Position numbers and translations under genes: made by a program. Below, in pieces: positions 47,412 through 60,795 of a stretch of DNA of 64,000 nt (position 1 is its first letter; each line of letters opens with the position of its first letter). Origin of the DNA: Piedraia hortae CBS 480.64 (lineage: Eukaryota); the NCBI GenBank assembly GCA_010093745.1, contig MU005968.1, positions 248,001-312,000 on the forward strand, in the 5' to 3' direction. The notes below the pieces were generated by a model. It worked only from the letters and a program-made list of their open reading frames with translations. It was not told the DNA's origin and ran no database searches.

Positions 47412-49388
47412 TTACTCGTTGTCATTACCATAACCCCTCGGCCCGGCCTTCATCACCGCATCCAGCAGCTTCTTGAAATTCTGTCGCTAGTCAGTTCATG
47501 GCTCGGTCCGCGCATGTCGTTTTTACATACCGGCGTGCCGAACCCAGTGACAGCGTCCCAGCCTGTGGTGGCTGGGAACCCGTCGGTACCACAACCAAAC
47601 GAGCTGCCAATCGTGACATCGGTAAACGTCTTGTACGTGGACTTGTACAGCATTGGATTAATGAATCCCAACGGAGGCTTTCCGGCCGCGATCAAGGCAT
47701 CGTTGACAAGCGTGAGAACACCCGCCATTGTCGGCGACGAGGCAGAAGTGCCGCCAATGGTCCTGACACGGCTGTTGTACACGATCACGTCGCGGTTTCT
47801 ACAATGTCAGACTCGTAGTCATGAACTGAGGCCATCACTTACCCTTGGGCTGCAACGTCTGGGTATCCACGACCAGTCTTGTTGTAGAGTCCATCATACT
47901 TGCCTCCCAAGCTCTTGATATAAGCGTCGATCGTGTTCTTCTGGTACGCCGGCGTGGGGAAATAGTTGGCAAAACCACCGCCAGAAGCGTATCGAGTGCT
48001 ATCTCAAAGTCAGTAGATTAAACTCAATCATCCACAAGTACTCACACGGCAGTCTCGGGGTTGAAGTTTGCAGTGCCGCCAACTGTCGTTACCCAAGGGC
48101 ATCCGGCCGGGAAGGCAGGCAAAAACATGTCCTGGCCATCCTTTGTGGATTTGCACGTTCCAGTCTTACCTACACCATAATCTCCAGACGAGAAAAGAAC
48201 GGTGATGCCTCGTGCGCCAAGCTGAGCAAGGCCTGCGCACACTCTGCGAGCATAAGACTCGGGCACTGTTTGTTCGTCATCGCCATACGATGTGCTGATG
48301 ACCTGGGGTAGGTTCCTTTGGGACAGGACATAGTTGAGCCAGACGAGATAGGGCTCGTTCGTATTGGTGGTAGTTGCAAGATCGGGAATGAAAGGCGGGC
48401 TACCACCAGTGTTCCAGGCATACAAGGGCACCGGCCAGGACATGCCGAGGACCCATTGGGCGTCCAAGTTGCCTTCGGCGTTCTTGCTCTGGTCGAGTTG
48501 GTCTTGTGTGTACGGACCCTGATTGTTAGACGCGTTGGCAATGATGGTGATGGGAAACTTGTAGCCGGCTTCACCTTCGGGGCGGAACTGGTGGAGAAAT
48601 TGCTTAGTGTCGTTGTAGTTGCTCGTCTCATTCAGGTAGTTTGTGATTCCAACCCTGTTCCTGTTGCCGGCTTTGGGCGTGTAGTCGATGGTGCCGTATA
48701 GGGTCCGCACACAATTTGGCGTCGTGAACGTGACATTGCAAAGTGCACTGGTATTCGCACCTGCGAGGTTGTAATATTCCTCGCCGTGCTTGGCAAACCA
48801 TTCCAACGAATGATCAGGCGCCTCGGGATCAAACGTAAGCGTATCCTCGTTGGCCTTGAGACGGAAAAACGAGGTCGTCGGCTGCACAACATCAATATGT
48901 TCGTGCAGGAAAATGGGCAGAGACCATTCGGGCGCGCGGTCAATTTCGCTGCCATCATGATGACGGAAAGTCTTGTATTTGGTCTTCAACAGCTCCTCGG
49001 CCTTAGAGACCGGGACTACGATGTGGATCCAATCCTTACTGGCCGAATGACTCGCGGGCGTCACGCCATTTTGGCTGAGCCACGACTCAACCTTCTCGAC
49101 GCTTTCGGCGGCCGGGGCCGTCATGGCATCGATCTCGGCCGCCGAGAGATGCTGTCCATAGCGAACGTGGTCGGGATCAGACACCTCCAGCAAATGCTTT
49201 TCTACAAGGCCCTGGTTGCGCTGCGTCAGGCCAATCTGGAGATGGATGAGCTGGTCCTTGTTGGCGGACCGAACCGCTGTCCAGGAGGCGGGGACAGGGT
49301 GGCTCTCCTTGACGTGATAGGGTGACGTTGGGAAAGCCAAGCCCCATGGGGCCAACAGAGCTAAAACGGCAGATGCTCTGCCTGCCAT
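47412..49388 (-). CDS. Secreted tripeptidyl-peptidase / sedolisin (S53); introns 47999-48045, 47799-47842, 47481-47530
   Basis: Signal peptide, activation prodomain (VSDPDHVRYGQHLS), EGNLD, STSYG, FSSGDYGV, GRGYPDVAAQG, GGTSASSP, WDAVTGFGTP. Confidence 0.93.
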
Positions 49389-49539
49389 CCTGACAACAAT
49401 AATGGTTTCAGCCCATCCCCTGAGCCTATATACATCTCGACCGCTGCACGTGATCTCGCTTAATCCGTTTAGCCCGTGGAATCTCAAGCGCCAAGGCTTG
49501 CCAATCTATGCACACTTTTGCAGCTGGACCAAGCCCAAA

Positions 49540-50359
49540 ATGTCACAGGTTCCTAGAATCGACAAGGTTTCTGCCCTATCTCCACACGAGGCGAAATGGA
49601 CCGAACTGAGGAAGATTGAATGGACCGATCAGAGCGGCCAACCCCGCGTCTGGGAGGCCGCGGCGCGTAAAACGAGGGGCTCTACCGGTGTCGATGCCGT
49701 CACCATTGCGCCTATCATCCGCCATCCGTCGCGGCCGGTATCTACCCTCATTATTCTACAGTACCGTCCGCCAGTTGGCGCTACATGTGTCGAGTTCCCC
49801 GCGGGCTTGATCGATGAGGGAGAAACTGCGCAACAGGCCGCAATTCGGGAACTCAAGGAAGAGACAGGATACGAGGGCAAGGTAGTCAACGTGACTCCTT
49901 CGTTGGCGAACCAATGTGGGCTAACCAACCGTCGTGTTCAGGTAATCGATCATACGCCCACGCTCGTGTCTGATCCAGGCCTGACAACAGCCAATTTGCA
50001 GGTACGTGATCCTCTCGTGATTTCTATTTCTGACGGGTCCGTAGTGCGTGACCATTGAAGTTCAACTCAAAGAGAGCGATGCCGAGCCCGAACAGCACCT
50101 GGATGATGGCGAATTTATTGAGCGGAGAATTGTCCCAGTCACCGAACTCTATGATACGCTTCAAGGTGAGTTTCTATCTGCCAACAATTTGCCCTTGCAT
50201 GCCAACATAACGAAGCTTTGGCCAGTGATAAGGACAAGATAATCGATGCTCGGTCAGTTCACCCCTCTGGCAAAACGCCCGGCATGTCAATGCTGACAAA
50301 ACAGCAGACTGTTCCACTGGGCGCTTGGTTTGAAGTGGAGTTCCACCTTGCTTAGCTAA
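49540..50359 (+). CDS. YSA1: Nudix ADP-ribose pyrophosphatase (Ysa1/NUDT5 type); introns 49882-49941 plus 50002-50044 (or one alternative intron 49942-50044), 50166-50215, 50253-50307
   Basis: QYRPPVGATCVEFPAG, Nudix box GLIDEGETAQQAAIRELKEETGY, SDPGLT, QHLDDGEFI, IDARLFHWALG. Confidence 0.88.
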
Positions 50360-51319
50360 CTGATTCAAGCGCTGGCTTGTGAAGGCTACATTCCAGACAT
50401 TCACGTACAGTTCACCGCCGCCGGCTGGCGTTCGGCTTTTGCCCTGCGCGGAGGATCGGCACTACATGATGCACCCCTTGCGGCGCGTTCCGCTTGACAC
50501 GTACTCCTTCGGTCGTCACCTGATTAAGGACTTGTCGCATTCATGATTACGAGCATCGGATGGCCGACCCGAGTGGTTGAGCAACCACATGGCGGGCCAC
50601 TTGCGCCTATCGTTCAGAACACGCCGTGGCTACGGCATCCCACTTTTGGCGATTATGACGTTCCTGTGGACGTTTGCAACGGTCGGTAGTGCGGCCATGT
50701 ATGTCATCCTCGATGCTTCGGAGCCGCCTCTTTGTATCAATCTGCCCGTCGCATAAGCCTAACCCTAGATTCCATGACCCCGCATTGCTAGCGCAAACGG
50801 TTTGGTCTTGGCACACCTCTTTTCTCGTCATTTTGAAATGTTTTTTTTTTAATTTTTCACGCGCCTCCTTGCTGTATCGAGAACCATCGCCGTCTAGGCG
50901 TGCTCAGCAGGATGTACAGTGTTTCTGCGTGACAGCTTAGTTGTCTGCCGTATCATCGCCAGTCTTTGCAAAGGCTTGGATTGATATTTTGCCCTTGGAC
51001 AATCAAGCTAATTTCCTCATTGCTGGACACTGAGATGATGTTCAGGATCGAATAAGTAATCATCTTCGATACCCAGGTCTATGCTACCTGAAGCCATGCC
51101 GAGAAGGTATACAAGGTCTTGAGGAACCCACTCAATGAGATCGTGGTCGTTCGCATGTTCAATGTTAACCAACATGGCCACCCAATTTTTTTGGTATTCC
51201 AAGGATCAAGACCCCTTCCACCTAAACCTGACGAACTTTCCACCGAGCTGTTCACCAGGCTCAGGGACGTCAATCAACTGAACATTCAACGTCAGGGCGG
51301 TGCCGTCCCGAAAGACGGA

Positions 51320-52060
51320 CTGCTGCCTTCCGAAGGTCATGAAGAAGCCCACGAGTTTGCCCCATAAGGCTAGCATTGTACGGTCTCAAACAGCCACCGA
51401 ATGTATGATACGATTCTCTACCAGATGCTAGAGTTTGAGCATTTGGTGGCCGATCTGGCGGCTCTCCGCACGGGATTGAATCATAATTGCCATTTACGTG
51501 GATACTCTCCTGATTGTAGGCCCATGCAAATGGGTCGTTCAAGAAGCCATGGTAAAGCTCAGCGCAAGGCTCATAACGACCGGCCTTGGAGCTTGCACAC
51601 ACTAGCTGGGCATGATAGGGACCGTCCCAACAGGACACTGGCCATGAGCCAGCACGCGTATATCGGGAAGCTGCTGGGATGACAGAGCTATGGGATTGTA
51701 TGACAACAACTATTTCCATGGAAGCAACAATCTCAGAAAAGCCCCTGAGGGCTATGAAGCACCACGCGAGCTGAATATCAGCGAGTAGTAGGAATTGTAA
51801 TGTAGCCGGACTTTGCGACTTCTGTGGTCATTAGGTATTAGCAAACCGAATAATGAGCATCAAGCAGCAGCTCAGCGCGTACTGCGAGGAAGTACATATC
51901 TACCTCGACCTCGCCTACCGTCACCAGATGATGTGTCAGCCAACTGCCTCGCTATCCTCGTGCGAGGCTGAATATATTGGCAAAGCACAGGCAACCAAGG
52001 AAGCAGTCCGGCTCCGCCGATCACTGGTCGAGCTTGAAGCGGTCGATGAGAGGTCAGTGT
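51320..52060 (+). mobile_element. Ty1/Copia RT-RNase H relic
   Basis: ALYGLKQ, IIAIYVDTLLIVG (YVDD equivalent), SQHAYIGKLL, SLSSCEAEYIGKAQATKEAVRLRR. Confidence 0.85.
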
Positions 52061-52827
52061 CAGTGACAAGCCATCGAGACGAGGTGATCACGTCAATCAT
52101 CTGGATGTCAGAGTACTTGATCCTCTGGCGGCCGCACCTGTGAGGTGATATTTTAACCTGGCAGAACTGATAGCGACTATAATACTCTGCGACAACCAAG
52201 GAGCCTCCAAAGATCGGCCGTGTCAGAAGTTTTTCTCGTCGCAATGCCAAGCAGCCAAATCTTGGAAGAGCATTCTCCGACCGTTGCAAGCTTCCTATTT
52301 GGCAAGTCAACTTTGACGGATGGAGTGGGGGGGCGAGTGTGATGAGCGGAAAGAGATGGAATTCTCTGGAGCTCTCTACCCTGAGGCTGGCTGATGGAAC
52401 ACGCCAAGTAAGTTAGACTGGAATCTTTTCCGTGAACTGGACCTGACATATGCTGGCAAACAATCATCTATCGGCTCACCACATCATCTCAAGTTTCATG
52501 GCTGCGTCAAACACCTCGATGCCCAGCAACATTTCTGGTCGTGAGATGCAGACATTCAAGACACAGCATGGATCTCCCTTGAAGCCTTCCATGCTCTCGC
52601 ACACATACCTGCGAACGTCATGGGCTCACTTCCCCTCAAGGCGCTGCAGCTCCCTGTCCAGCCCTATGAATGATATCGAAGACTTGAAGCCGCCCCAACT
52701 CTGCTTTGCCGGCAAAGAGCAGGTGCATCTCCGTTCTTCGCCGCCAGTTTCGCTTCACTCGCTTTGATTTGCCTCCTATGGTCTGACTGTGGGCAGAGAC
52801 AGTTATGTTCCCGGGCAGAAATTTTGA

Positions 52828-53540
52828 TTGAGTATAGTTTCTGAAACGGTGCGGCGGCAGAGACAGCTAACAGTTGTCGACGTCCAGGAGCTCGTTGTTG
52901 AAAAAGAGGAGCGGGAAGCCCTGCATGAAGCCCTCACAGACGTACAGACAGTCATACGGCGGACTCGTCTCATTAAGCCAAAAGCTGTCACTTCCCTTAC
53001 TAACGCCGAGAAGGCCCAGTACGGGGCATACATGGTCCAGCTTGCGAAATGGAACTCACCCCTCTTGCATAGCGCCTCCAACAAGGACGCCACGATTGGG
53101 TTCATCTTGGAGATCGTGTGCAGCCAAACACCTTTTGACTACTTTAGGGCTTGCACAAAGATTGGTGAGCACCACCGAAACAACAAGATGGCCACATGCC
53201 GAGACGTCGGCCGCTTCTTGGAGAAGCTGGTCGCTCAAGAGCCGGACAAGCAGCATCTCGAGGTGTCCGCCGAGGTGCTCAAGCAGCGCATCGGGGCCGA
53301 ATAGTTCAACAAGGACGATCTTTTCTCCTGCTTCAAGTTGATAGCAGGCAACTTGGATTTTGACCAGTCCACCGAACACATAGACGTATGGTGACTTAAT
53401 GAAAGTCTTACAAGCGAAAGTAAAGGCTGAATCCGGCTTCGACGACGACACCTGCCAGCAGCTGGTGCAGATTGCACTTACTTCCCGTCTATCAGAGCCG
53501 CATGCTGCAAACACTTCGACGGAAGCCAGTGGGACGTAAA
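52828..53540 (+). pseudogene. Decayed ORF of unknown function
   Basis: Protein-like reading frame continues past a stop at 53302-53304. Confidence 0.3.
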
Positions 53541-53870
53541 TCTCAGTGCAGTATACACTGTCCGTCACCGACAAACTGAAATGCTCTCGTTCACATCAAA
53601 TCAATCACAGGAAAATCTGTGATGTCTGCCCACTAGGACTCTGCTCCCGAACCACGTCGGTTTCAAATCCTGTTGTTAAGTCCATACCGCCCTATCAAAG
53701 GAAGAGTTGCTAATATTTGCTCAGTTTCTCCTCCTACTTTTCATCTTTGCATGTCTGACATGGCACTTTGCCGCGACGGACATCCCCCAACGCATCAAAA
53801 TCAATGTCAACGCTGCATACCAAATGAATGTAAGTTCTTTTTCACCCCTTGCAGTTACATATGTTCTAGT

Positions 53871-54014
53871 TGTTGGCATGAAGTCTCGTTGCTATCAGTG
53901 TACGATGCCACTGCGCGACACCTCTTACACCAGCAGCTGCACCCTAGGTTTTGTCCTCACAGAGGTTTCCCTCAGGGTCATGTCGCATGCGACATGGTGA
54001 ATGCGCCCTGCTAC
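53871..54014 (-). mobile_element. Truncated LTR fragment related to family 1
   Basis: TGTTGGCATG...CACCCTAGGTTTTG..CTCACAGAGGTTTCCCTCAGGGTCATGTC...GACATGGTGAATGCGCCC; cut off by the next element. Confidence 0.8.
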
Positions 54015-54427
54015 TGTTATGAGGTGAGTCATGGAGTAAGACTGCATGCTGACAGTCTTACTGCATGTATGACCACTTGCTTATGGTCATACAATTGATG
54101 ACTCTTCATACGAGGCTACGCACGGGCCTTCCAGCCCAGAATATATTCTCTGATGTTCCCTCGAAGATATACTTGTATTCACTCATAAAACACATCTCTA
54201 CTTTCCATCCATCGTTCTCACTCATACATACTATCTGTCTTTTCACTAATAAGTCAGTATCCATTCACGACTGTCGTGTGGGCAGCCTCGTTCTGGGGAG
54301 AGTTGGTGGTCGGCTTGTCATTGCGGCATGCGGGTCATGTCGATCGACCTACTACGTGGTGGTCATGGGAACAGGATCTACCAGTACCTACTTGCATGGC
54401 TGGAGCGGTAAGCAAGAAACGGTAACA
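54015..54427. mobile_element. Probable LTR of another family
   Basis: TGTTA...TAACA inverted termini; starts exactly where the family 1 fragment is truncated; no TSD seen. Confidence 0.5.
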
Positions 54428-57400
54428 AGCCGCCACCCTGACGTCCGGCTACGGGCTACGGCTGCTGATATCACCAACCTGGTGGATGATGGGTCTGAAC
54501 CGTACACGCAGACCGGTCAAGCTATTAGTACATCTTACCAACGATACATCCTGACTAAATTATCGACTAGAGTATGAAGAACGACAAGGACCACTGCCCA
54601 CAATCCGCAGACTCGGCCAAATGACCTGTGGAGTCCGGAAAGCTAGGAGGGATTAGGTCACTTGACGAAAGACGCGTTGATTAAGATGTTGCAGAGTCTA
54701 TAGGTTAGATGGAGGACACGATCAGGCATTTGCTGCCGTGTAGACACAGGCAGCGAGCGCTATTCCTCTGCGCAAGTGCCAATGTGTCAGAAGTCTGCCG
54801 CTTGCGGAAGGGTTGTTGAGACTGGATCCGTCTCCGAATAAAGGAGATGATGATATGAAAGGATTTGAGGACAAAGTCCTCTCATGTATTCAGTCAGGAG
54901 AGTTTTCTCCCAGGACATCATTCATCTAGGGATATTCCCTTTGCTCTCCACTGGGGTGTGAGTTCTTTCCACCCCCTCTGACACAATGGCTTCAGAGGGA
55001 AATAGGTACGTGAAGAGTCGAGGCTATGCTGTGGAAGGGTGTAGACTTATACTCTCATAGGAGCAAGGTCGGTCGTCTGGAGAACGAGAATTTCCAAACA
55101 ACTTGAATGTTTTTCTGGGCGTGGAAATGTGAGGGTGTGTGTTCAGTCAGCATAGCGGGCGCAGAATTCCAGCGAAGTGTAATTTCTTTTTGTGAGGATT
55201 AGAGATGTAAACTTTGAGTACTCCGCCCGGGTGGGGGTAGAGCATTGCCATGCTCTTCGTAGTGAAGATGGAGAAACGAACGAATGTTCTCTCAGCGGGA
55301 AAACTCTCCAAGGACCATGGACCTAGAAAAAGTAAAGATGGGGTGTTCTTTCTGAATCCCCTGGATGTATTTTCCAAGATCGTGGCGTCAGACATCAAGA
55401 TGCACATGGGCTTTGGGGAATTCTAAGAGAAGCATCTGGAAAGTGAATTCTGGAAGTCGAATAGTTGGCGATTATCCATACGAAGAATTTCGGGCAACTT
55501 CGCCCACTACTCATCAGGACAACCAGTCTTTCCGTCCGATTTTCTGCCTTATCGATGTCGACAACCAACGACAATGTGTGTACAGGGCTGTGGACAAGCA
55601 AAACAGCCAATATATGGGCATGTAGGCAGGGTATTGGGTGTCAGCGTTGAAAAGCGCATAGGAAAGGCGAACTACAATGAAATAGTCTTACAGGTTCAAC
55701 AAGTCCTGGCTCCTGCTAATCTCCACGGTGAATTGGCCGACATGGCCTTTCAAGATGAATCTCTCCAATCTCATGGAATCACGTTGATATGGTTCATGAG
55801 AAGGAAGTTAGCCATCGTCTGGAAAATGTTGCCCTGGACTAGGACTTCCAGAATGATGCGCTTGACCCTGACGCCTTTCCTCCCGTCCAGCCATGCAATC
55901 GTTGCATCCTCATCCGCAGGGTGTATGATAGCTCCCAGGATCCTGCTATCTTCACGCCGCTTTGCTTGAACAAACCTCATACGTGGGGAATTCGAGATTG
56001 AAGCTTTTGGTCGAGATCATCTAGATTTCGTCTCTTGCATAGCATTTCAATAGTGATAGATTGCATCAATTAATACTATCGCTGTGCTGGAGAATTCTCT
56101 TCCCATCGATATAGGCGGAATTTTACGTCAGGGTCAGGGTTGATGTGAGGGTCGACCAGGTGGTCAAGGGTGAAGGTGAAGCACTGGATAAGACGTAGTA
56201 AGTGAGTTATCGATTATAGAATACGTCTGCATGTGTGAAAATGCAGGCTTGGGGTCTGGAGTAGCGGTTCAATTTCCTCAATGCCTTTCCACCCGCTCCC
56301 TCATACGTTGCTAGGTAGAATCGAGCGCAAATACATCAGACGTCGGGGTGAGTGTTAAGAACGCTTGGGAGAAAAGCCACGACCTCCCGAGATGTTTGCT
56401 AGGGCTGATTCTTGCGGTATCATCAATCGCCTTGCCTTGGAACGCAGGAAGGTGAACTCCGCATTCTTTGCATAACATGTCTTCAACTTCCTAGCCGATG
56501 AGAGGAGATTGAACGTCCACTCGGACAACTCGGCAAGAAGTTGAGAAGAGTCCTCCAGACGGAGGTGATCAACAACCGCTCCTAACGACGGCCAGCCAAA
56601 AAGGCTAATAAATTTCTCGACTACCCGCCCTATGAGTTCACATGATCTAGGCCTGATTTCTCAATCCATTACACCAATGTCGTAGTCTTAGCATCACCCA
56701 ACGGCACGGAAAACATACTGCCCTCAAGAGGAATCCCACTTCCCACCAACACAGCTCGACTCCCCTTCTCACTCTACAAAATAATACTTTTCCCACAGAG
56801 AACAGGAATAACGATCGCTTCTGTACACCCAAACCTGGTTATAGCGGAAATTCAGTCCACCATATTGGAAATCCGCCCCTATAGGTCGATGGAAACAATC
56901 GAGCGATGGCTTTACCCAAGACAGAGCTGGGTCGCTACTTCATCAACGCTCCACAGGCCTCGCGTGCTCCCACATCACCATACAAGCGAGTCCATCTGAC
57001 TTTTCACACTCAGCTTACCGACCAGCCCTGGAGTTGCGCCGGTCTTGGGAAAAGGGGCGTTGCAGGCTGCATTTCCGAATTGACTAGGGCATGACGAGAT
57101 CTAGATCCTCTGGATGAGGCAGTATAGTTGGGGTGTGAATGGGAGCGTTTTCCGCTTGAGGTTGGCGACAGAGACCTTGCGCCGGCACGGGTGCGTTTTG
57201 TGGAGCAGCCTCGGGGTTAAGGAAGTGTTCACTCTCATTTGCCTCCTTGGTCGGTTGACAAACATCGTCAACAGAGGTATGTTGGTATCAATCCACGGGG
57301 TTGATTTGTGATTTTCTGAACGTCGTGAGCTAGCTTGTTTACGGGGCGTTGATTCGGAGCTTTCCTTATCCTCTGCTAAAGGCCTAGTGGGTTCCTCCTC

Positions 57401-58035
57401 CTCCTCCTCCTCGAAGTACTTATCGTAGCTCGCACTTTTTCTCTCGCTTAAACTTTTCTGCCCGCATGCACACTCTCGTTAAGCTAATCAGCTAGCCCTA
57501 AAAAATATACATTTTCGAGAGTCAGTGACTAGTCGGCTCCTAGGACTCCCGATGTGACCTCAAACAATAAGGACTAGATGGCCTAGGAAATCTGGAACTA
57601 AGTAGAAGTGAAATGAATGGAGGAGTGCTCATTTTTCGGCCTGCGGTGCGGACATTCCCCGGATCCTCATCCTTGCCCACACAAAGAATCGTGCGCCTAC
57701 GTAGGCCTCTGACATGGTCATATCCCCTTCTTCACTCATTGAATAATGCCAAGTGATTTTTACAGCTATGGGCTTCGTGCGCGAGGAAAATCTCCTTAGG
57801 CCATGGAGCTCTCCCCACTGAAACATCTACGTTAAAGTCGACTCAACGCACCCCGTATTATCCGCCCTCTCTCATTGACCTCTACCCCAATACCAAGAAC
57901 CATCACATCCTTCAGCGAAGAAATTATGTGTCTGTGCAGGCGATACAATCAGACTATCAGAGTAAAAAGGCACTGTTATCTCGCGAAATGCTTTCCAACC
58001 AAAGCAGGCGATCGCAAGGGGGAGTATACATGACT

Positions 58036-59730
58036 TCACAGGGCAATTTTCAGGGTGAAATTAGGCAAGTGCTTTACAACGTCCTCACACAGCTTCTTTT
58101 TTTCAAGCGGTTTCCAATATCTTGAATCTGGCGGCGGAGCTGCCCTCCTATGGAGTCCCTGCCTCTCCTCTCCCCAAAGGGTATGCCTCCCCTTTACCCC
58201 CTCAAACTGCGGGTGCGAAGCATTCCTCTCCATCAACTCCCCCACCATCTTGATGGCAGTACATATCAACTCCCCAAACGTCGGCCTCTCATCCGCCCTG
58301 AGCCTCAAGCATCGCTCCACCACATCAACCAAACTCCCTGGAATAATTCTGCTTCACCGCAGGCTCAATTCCCGCAGCATACTTCCTCGGCTCGGACCCC
58401 TCGAACCGATCCAAGGTGAGATCATACACCGATCCTGCAGTCGTATTAACAAGCGTCCACATCGCCACCCCCGGGCCGTAGACATTCGTCGGGACGGTAC
58501 GTCCGCTAGCCATCTCCGGGGTGCGGGAGCCGGGGGGCTCCACCACGATGAAAACACTTCGGATCCAGTCCCCCCTGTCTTGGACGGGGGAGGATAACTG
58601 CCAAACCAAACCCCGCTAACTTCGGGTTTGGAAGTAGCGGGAGGTTGATGGACAGCCGAGGTGGATATTCGGCGCTTTTACGTCTCAGTGGATGATACTT
58701 TCCCAGGATGATGTGAAGCGTGTGAAGCGTGCTGGGGAAAACAGGCCGCCTGTGGCGAGGACGCACCCCGCACGGGCTATTGATTCCAAATTGTGCCAGC
58801 AGAGGGGTTCTGGCGCGAAACCGATCCGTCGGGAAAGGAACATTGATTGAAGGACTTTACGGAGTTAGGCGTAGCCTAGGTAGGCTAGGTTATCTGCTCT
58901 CCCGCGGTCGCGGACGAGGTAGGTGGGTAGGATTTCCGCGGGAATGAGTCGAAGACCGGTACGGGTGGGGGTTTTGTAGAGGCCGTGGGAGTCGGTGTTG
59001 CGGAGGGTGAATTTGATTGCTAGGCAATCCGTGGCGAGATGCCGGAGCCTTGGAAGCTGTGGGTCATGAGACGCTCGAGCTCGAAGAGGGCATCGTGCAT
59101 GTAGCAGGCTTGGGTGAGGATGGCGGTGTTATTGGTCGTGTTCGAGGTGGCTGAGTCGACCCGGGATGGACGGGGTATTGGCGGAGAGTGGTCTAAGGAC
59201 ATGGTGTCGTGTCTCATGTAGGCTTCAACTAGGGGAGCAACGTCGACGACGACAGAGTTGATGTCTTCGGTCATGTCGGCATATTTAATGCTGACGGGTC
59301 CGGCTTGCATTGACAGATGGTGCTGGAACGTCTGCCGTGTTTGGAGAGCCCATGGGACTGGATCTACGCGCTGCGTTTTGTTGTTGTAGAAGAGGCGCGA
59401 GGGTTGATCCTTACTCCTTGGGACAAAGACTTGCAGACAGAGCACGAATGCGGTAGGCAGTCTCTGTCGCTGGAAGGGAGTTTTCTGGTGGTTGGATGAT
59501 ATTCGTCTGTGTGAGGGATGATATCTGCCAGGATTCTCTCTGCCAGTATGCAATCCTCTTCATCCTCACGGCGTGGGCGAGTGCGCAGGTTGTGAGTATG
59601 TCACCTGCATGCAAAACATCAACACAGAACAAAGCCTTCTCGAAGCGGCTGAAGAGTTCCTCTGTTGACGTCCCTGTCCAATTAGAGCGATCACTAGAGA
59701 TAGCCATAGTGAGTTGAAAGTTTACCATTC
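58036..59730 (-). pseudogene. Degenerate Ser/Thr kinase, paralogue of the 5-7 kb pseudogene
   Basis: APEPLCWHNLESIA, WESIIH*DVKAPNIHLGCPSTSRY, PKLAGFGLA, PPGSRTPEM, TNVYG, ERPTFGEL. Confidence 0.75.
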
Positions 59731-59811
59731 CCCTTTCTGCATAAAGACTCGCAGATAGAAACTGACATGGAAAGAGATCAGCGAATTCACCCATCCCCTC
59801 CAGCGTTTCCC

Positions 59812-60540
59812 CTAGTCCCTCGCCCCATACTTCCCATGATACTCCACCATAGCCTGCACCTCCTCCTCCCTCCCCAACTGTCTCATCACCTCAACGATAT
59901 CTATCAACGTAATAACCGCCCAAACCGGCACTCCCAAAGAACTTCTAACCTCCCCAACCGCACTCCTCCCACTCTCCCCAACCCTCTCCTGCCTATCCAC
60001 CGCCACTATCACGCCAACCAACACGCCCCCCTCACGTTCAATCACCTCCACAGCCTCCCTCACGGCAGTCCCCGCAGTTATCACATCATCCACAACAACA
60101 ACCCTCTTGCCCCTCAGTGTCTGCCCAATGATATTTCCGCCCTCACCATGCGTCTTAACCTCCTTCCTATTAAAACTATACCCCAATTTCCCCCACCTCT
60201 GCGGATCCAGCACACCAAGTTGGAGACAAACCGTCGCGCAGAGCGGTATTCCTTTATATGCAGGTCCGAAGAGGACGTCTATTTCGAAAGAGGGGTTGGT
60301 GAGTGAGTGGGTGTGGAGGAGGTTGGCGTAGGCAGAGGAGATTGAGCCTACGATGGGGTTTTGGGATAAGAGCCCGCAGTTGAAGAAGTAGGGGGATACG
60401 CGGCCGGATTTGAGGGTGAAGGTGCCGAAGCGGAGGATTCCAAGGGAGAGGGTTGTGGTGATGAGGGTAGTTTTCCATTGGGGGAGGGATTTTTCATTCT
60501 TGGGTAGGAGGGAATCCTCTTTAAGGGGTTGGGTCGACAT
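59812..60540 (-). CDS. URA5: Orotate phosphoribosyltransferase
   Basis: FGTFTLKSGRVSPYFFN, LFGPAYKGIPL, FNRKEVKTHGEGG, VVVVDDVITAGTA, VDRQER. Confidence 0.97.
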   Translation of the reverse strand: MSTQPLKEDSLLPKNEKSLPQWKTTLITTTLSLGILRFGTFTLKSGRVSPYFFNCGLLSQNPIVGSISSAYANLLHTHSLTNPSFEIDVLFGPAYKGIPLCATVCLQLGVLDPQRWGKLGYSFNRKEVKTHGEGGNIIGQTLRGKRVVVVDDVITAGTAVREAVEVIEREGGVLVGVIVAVDRQERVGESGRSAVGEVRSSLGVPVWAVITLIDIVEVMRQLGREEEVQAMVEYHGKYGARD

Positions 60541-60795
60541 TTTTCCCGTTCTTGAGAGGGTTGTGTGGTGGCCGAATGCTGCTGTAGGCTGGTGGATAGG
60601 CTGGGTTTGTGGGACGTGGGATCAAAATTCAGTGTGGGGTGACGTCATTTTGATAGGCAGATGACGGGGGTTGTCGGTGGTAAGATTGGACGGGACTGCT
60701 AAGGTGCTTTGAGCTCGTGCATTTGACTCGATTGAGGCGAATTCTTACGTCATACGTAAAGCGTCTACAACGTACTACCACTGCTCTCCCTGTAG

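Noticed and set aside
53625..53675. tRNA or tRNA-derived SINE head (GGACTCTG...GGTTTCAAATCC)
   Set aside because: No acceptor or D stem can be formed; there is only a loose T-loop resemblance.
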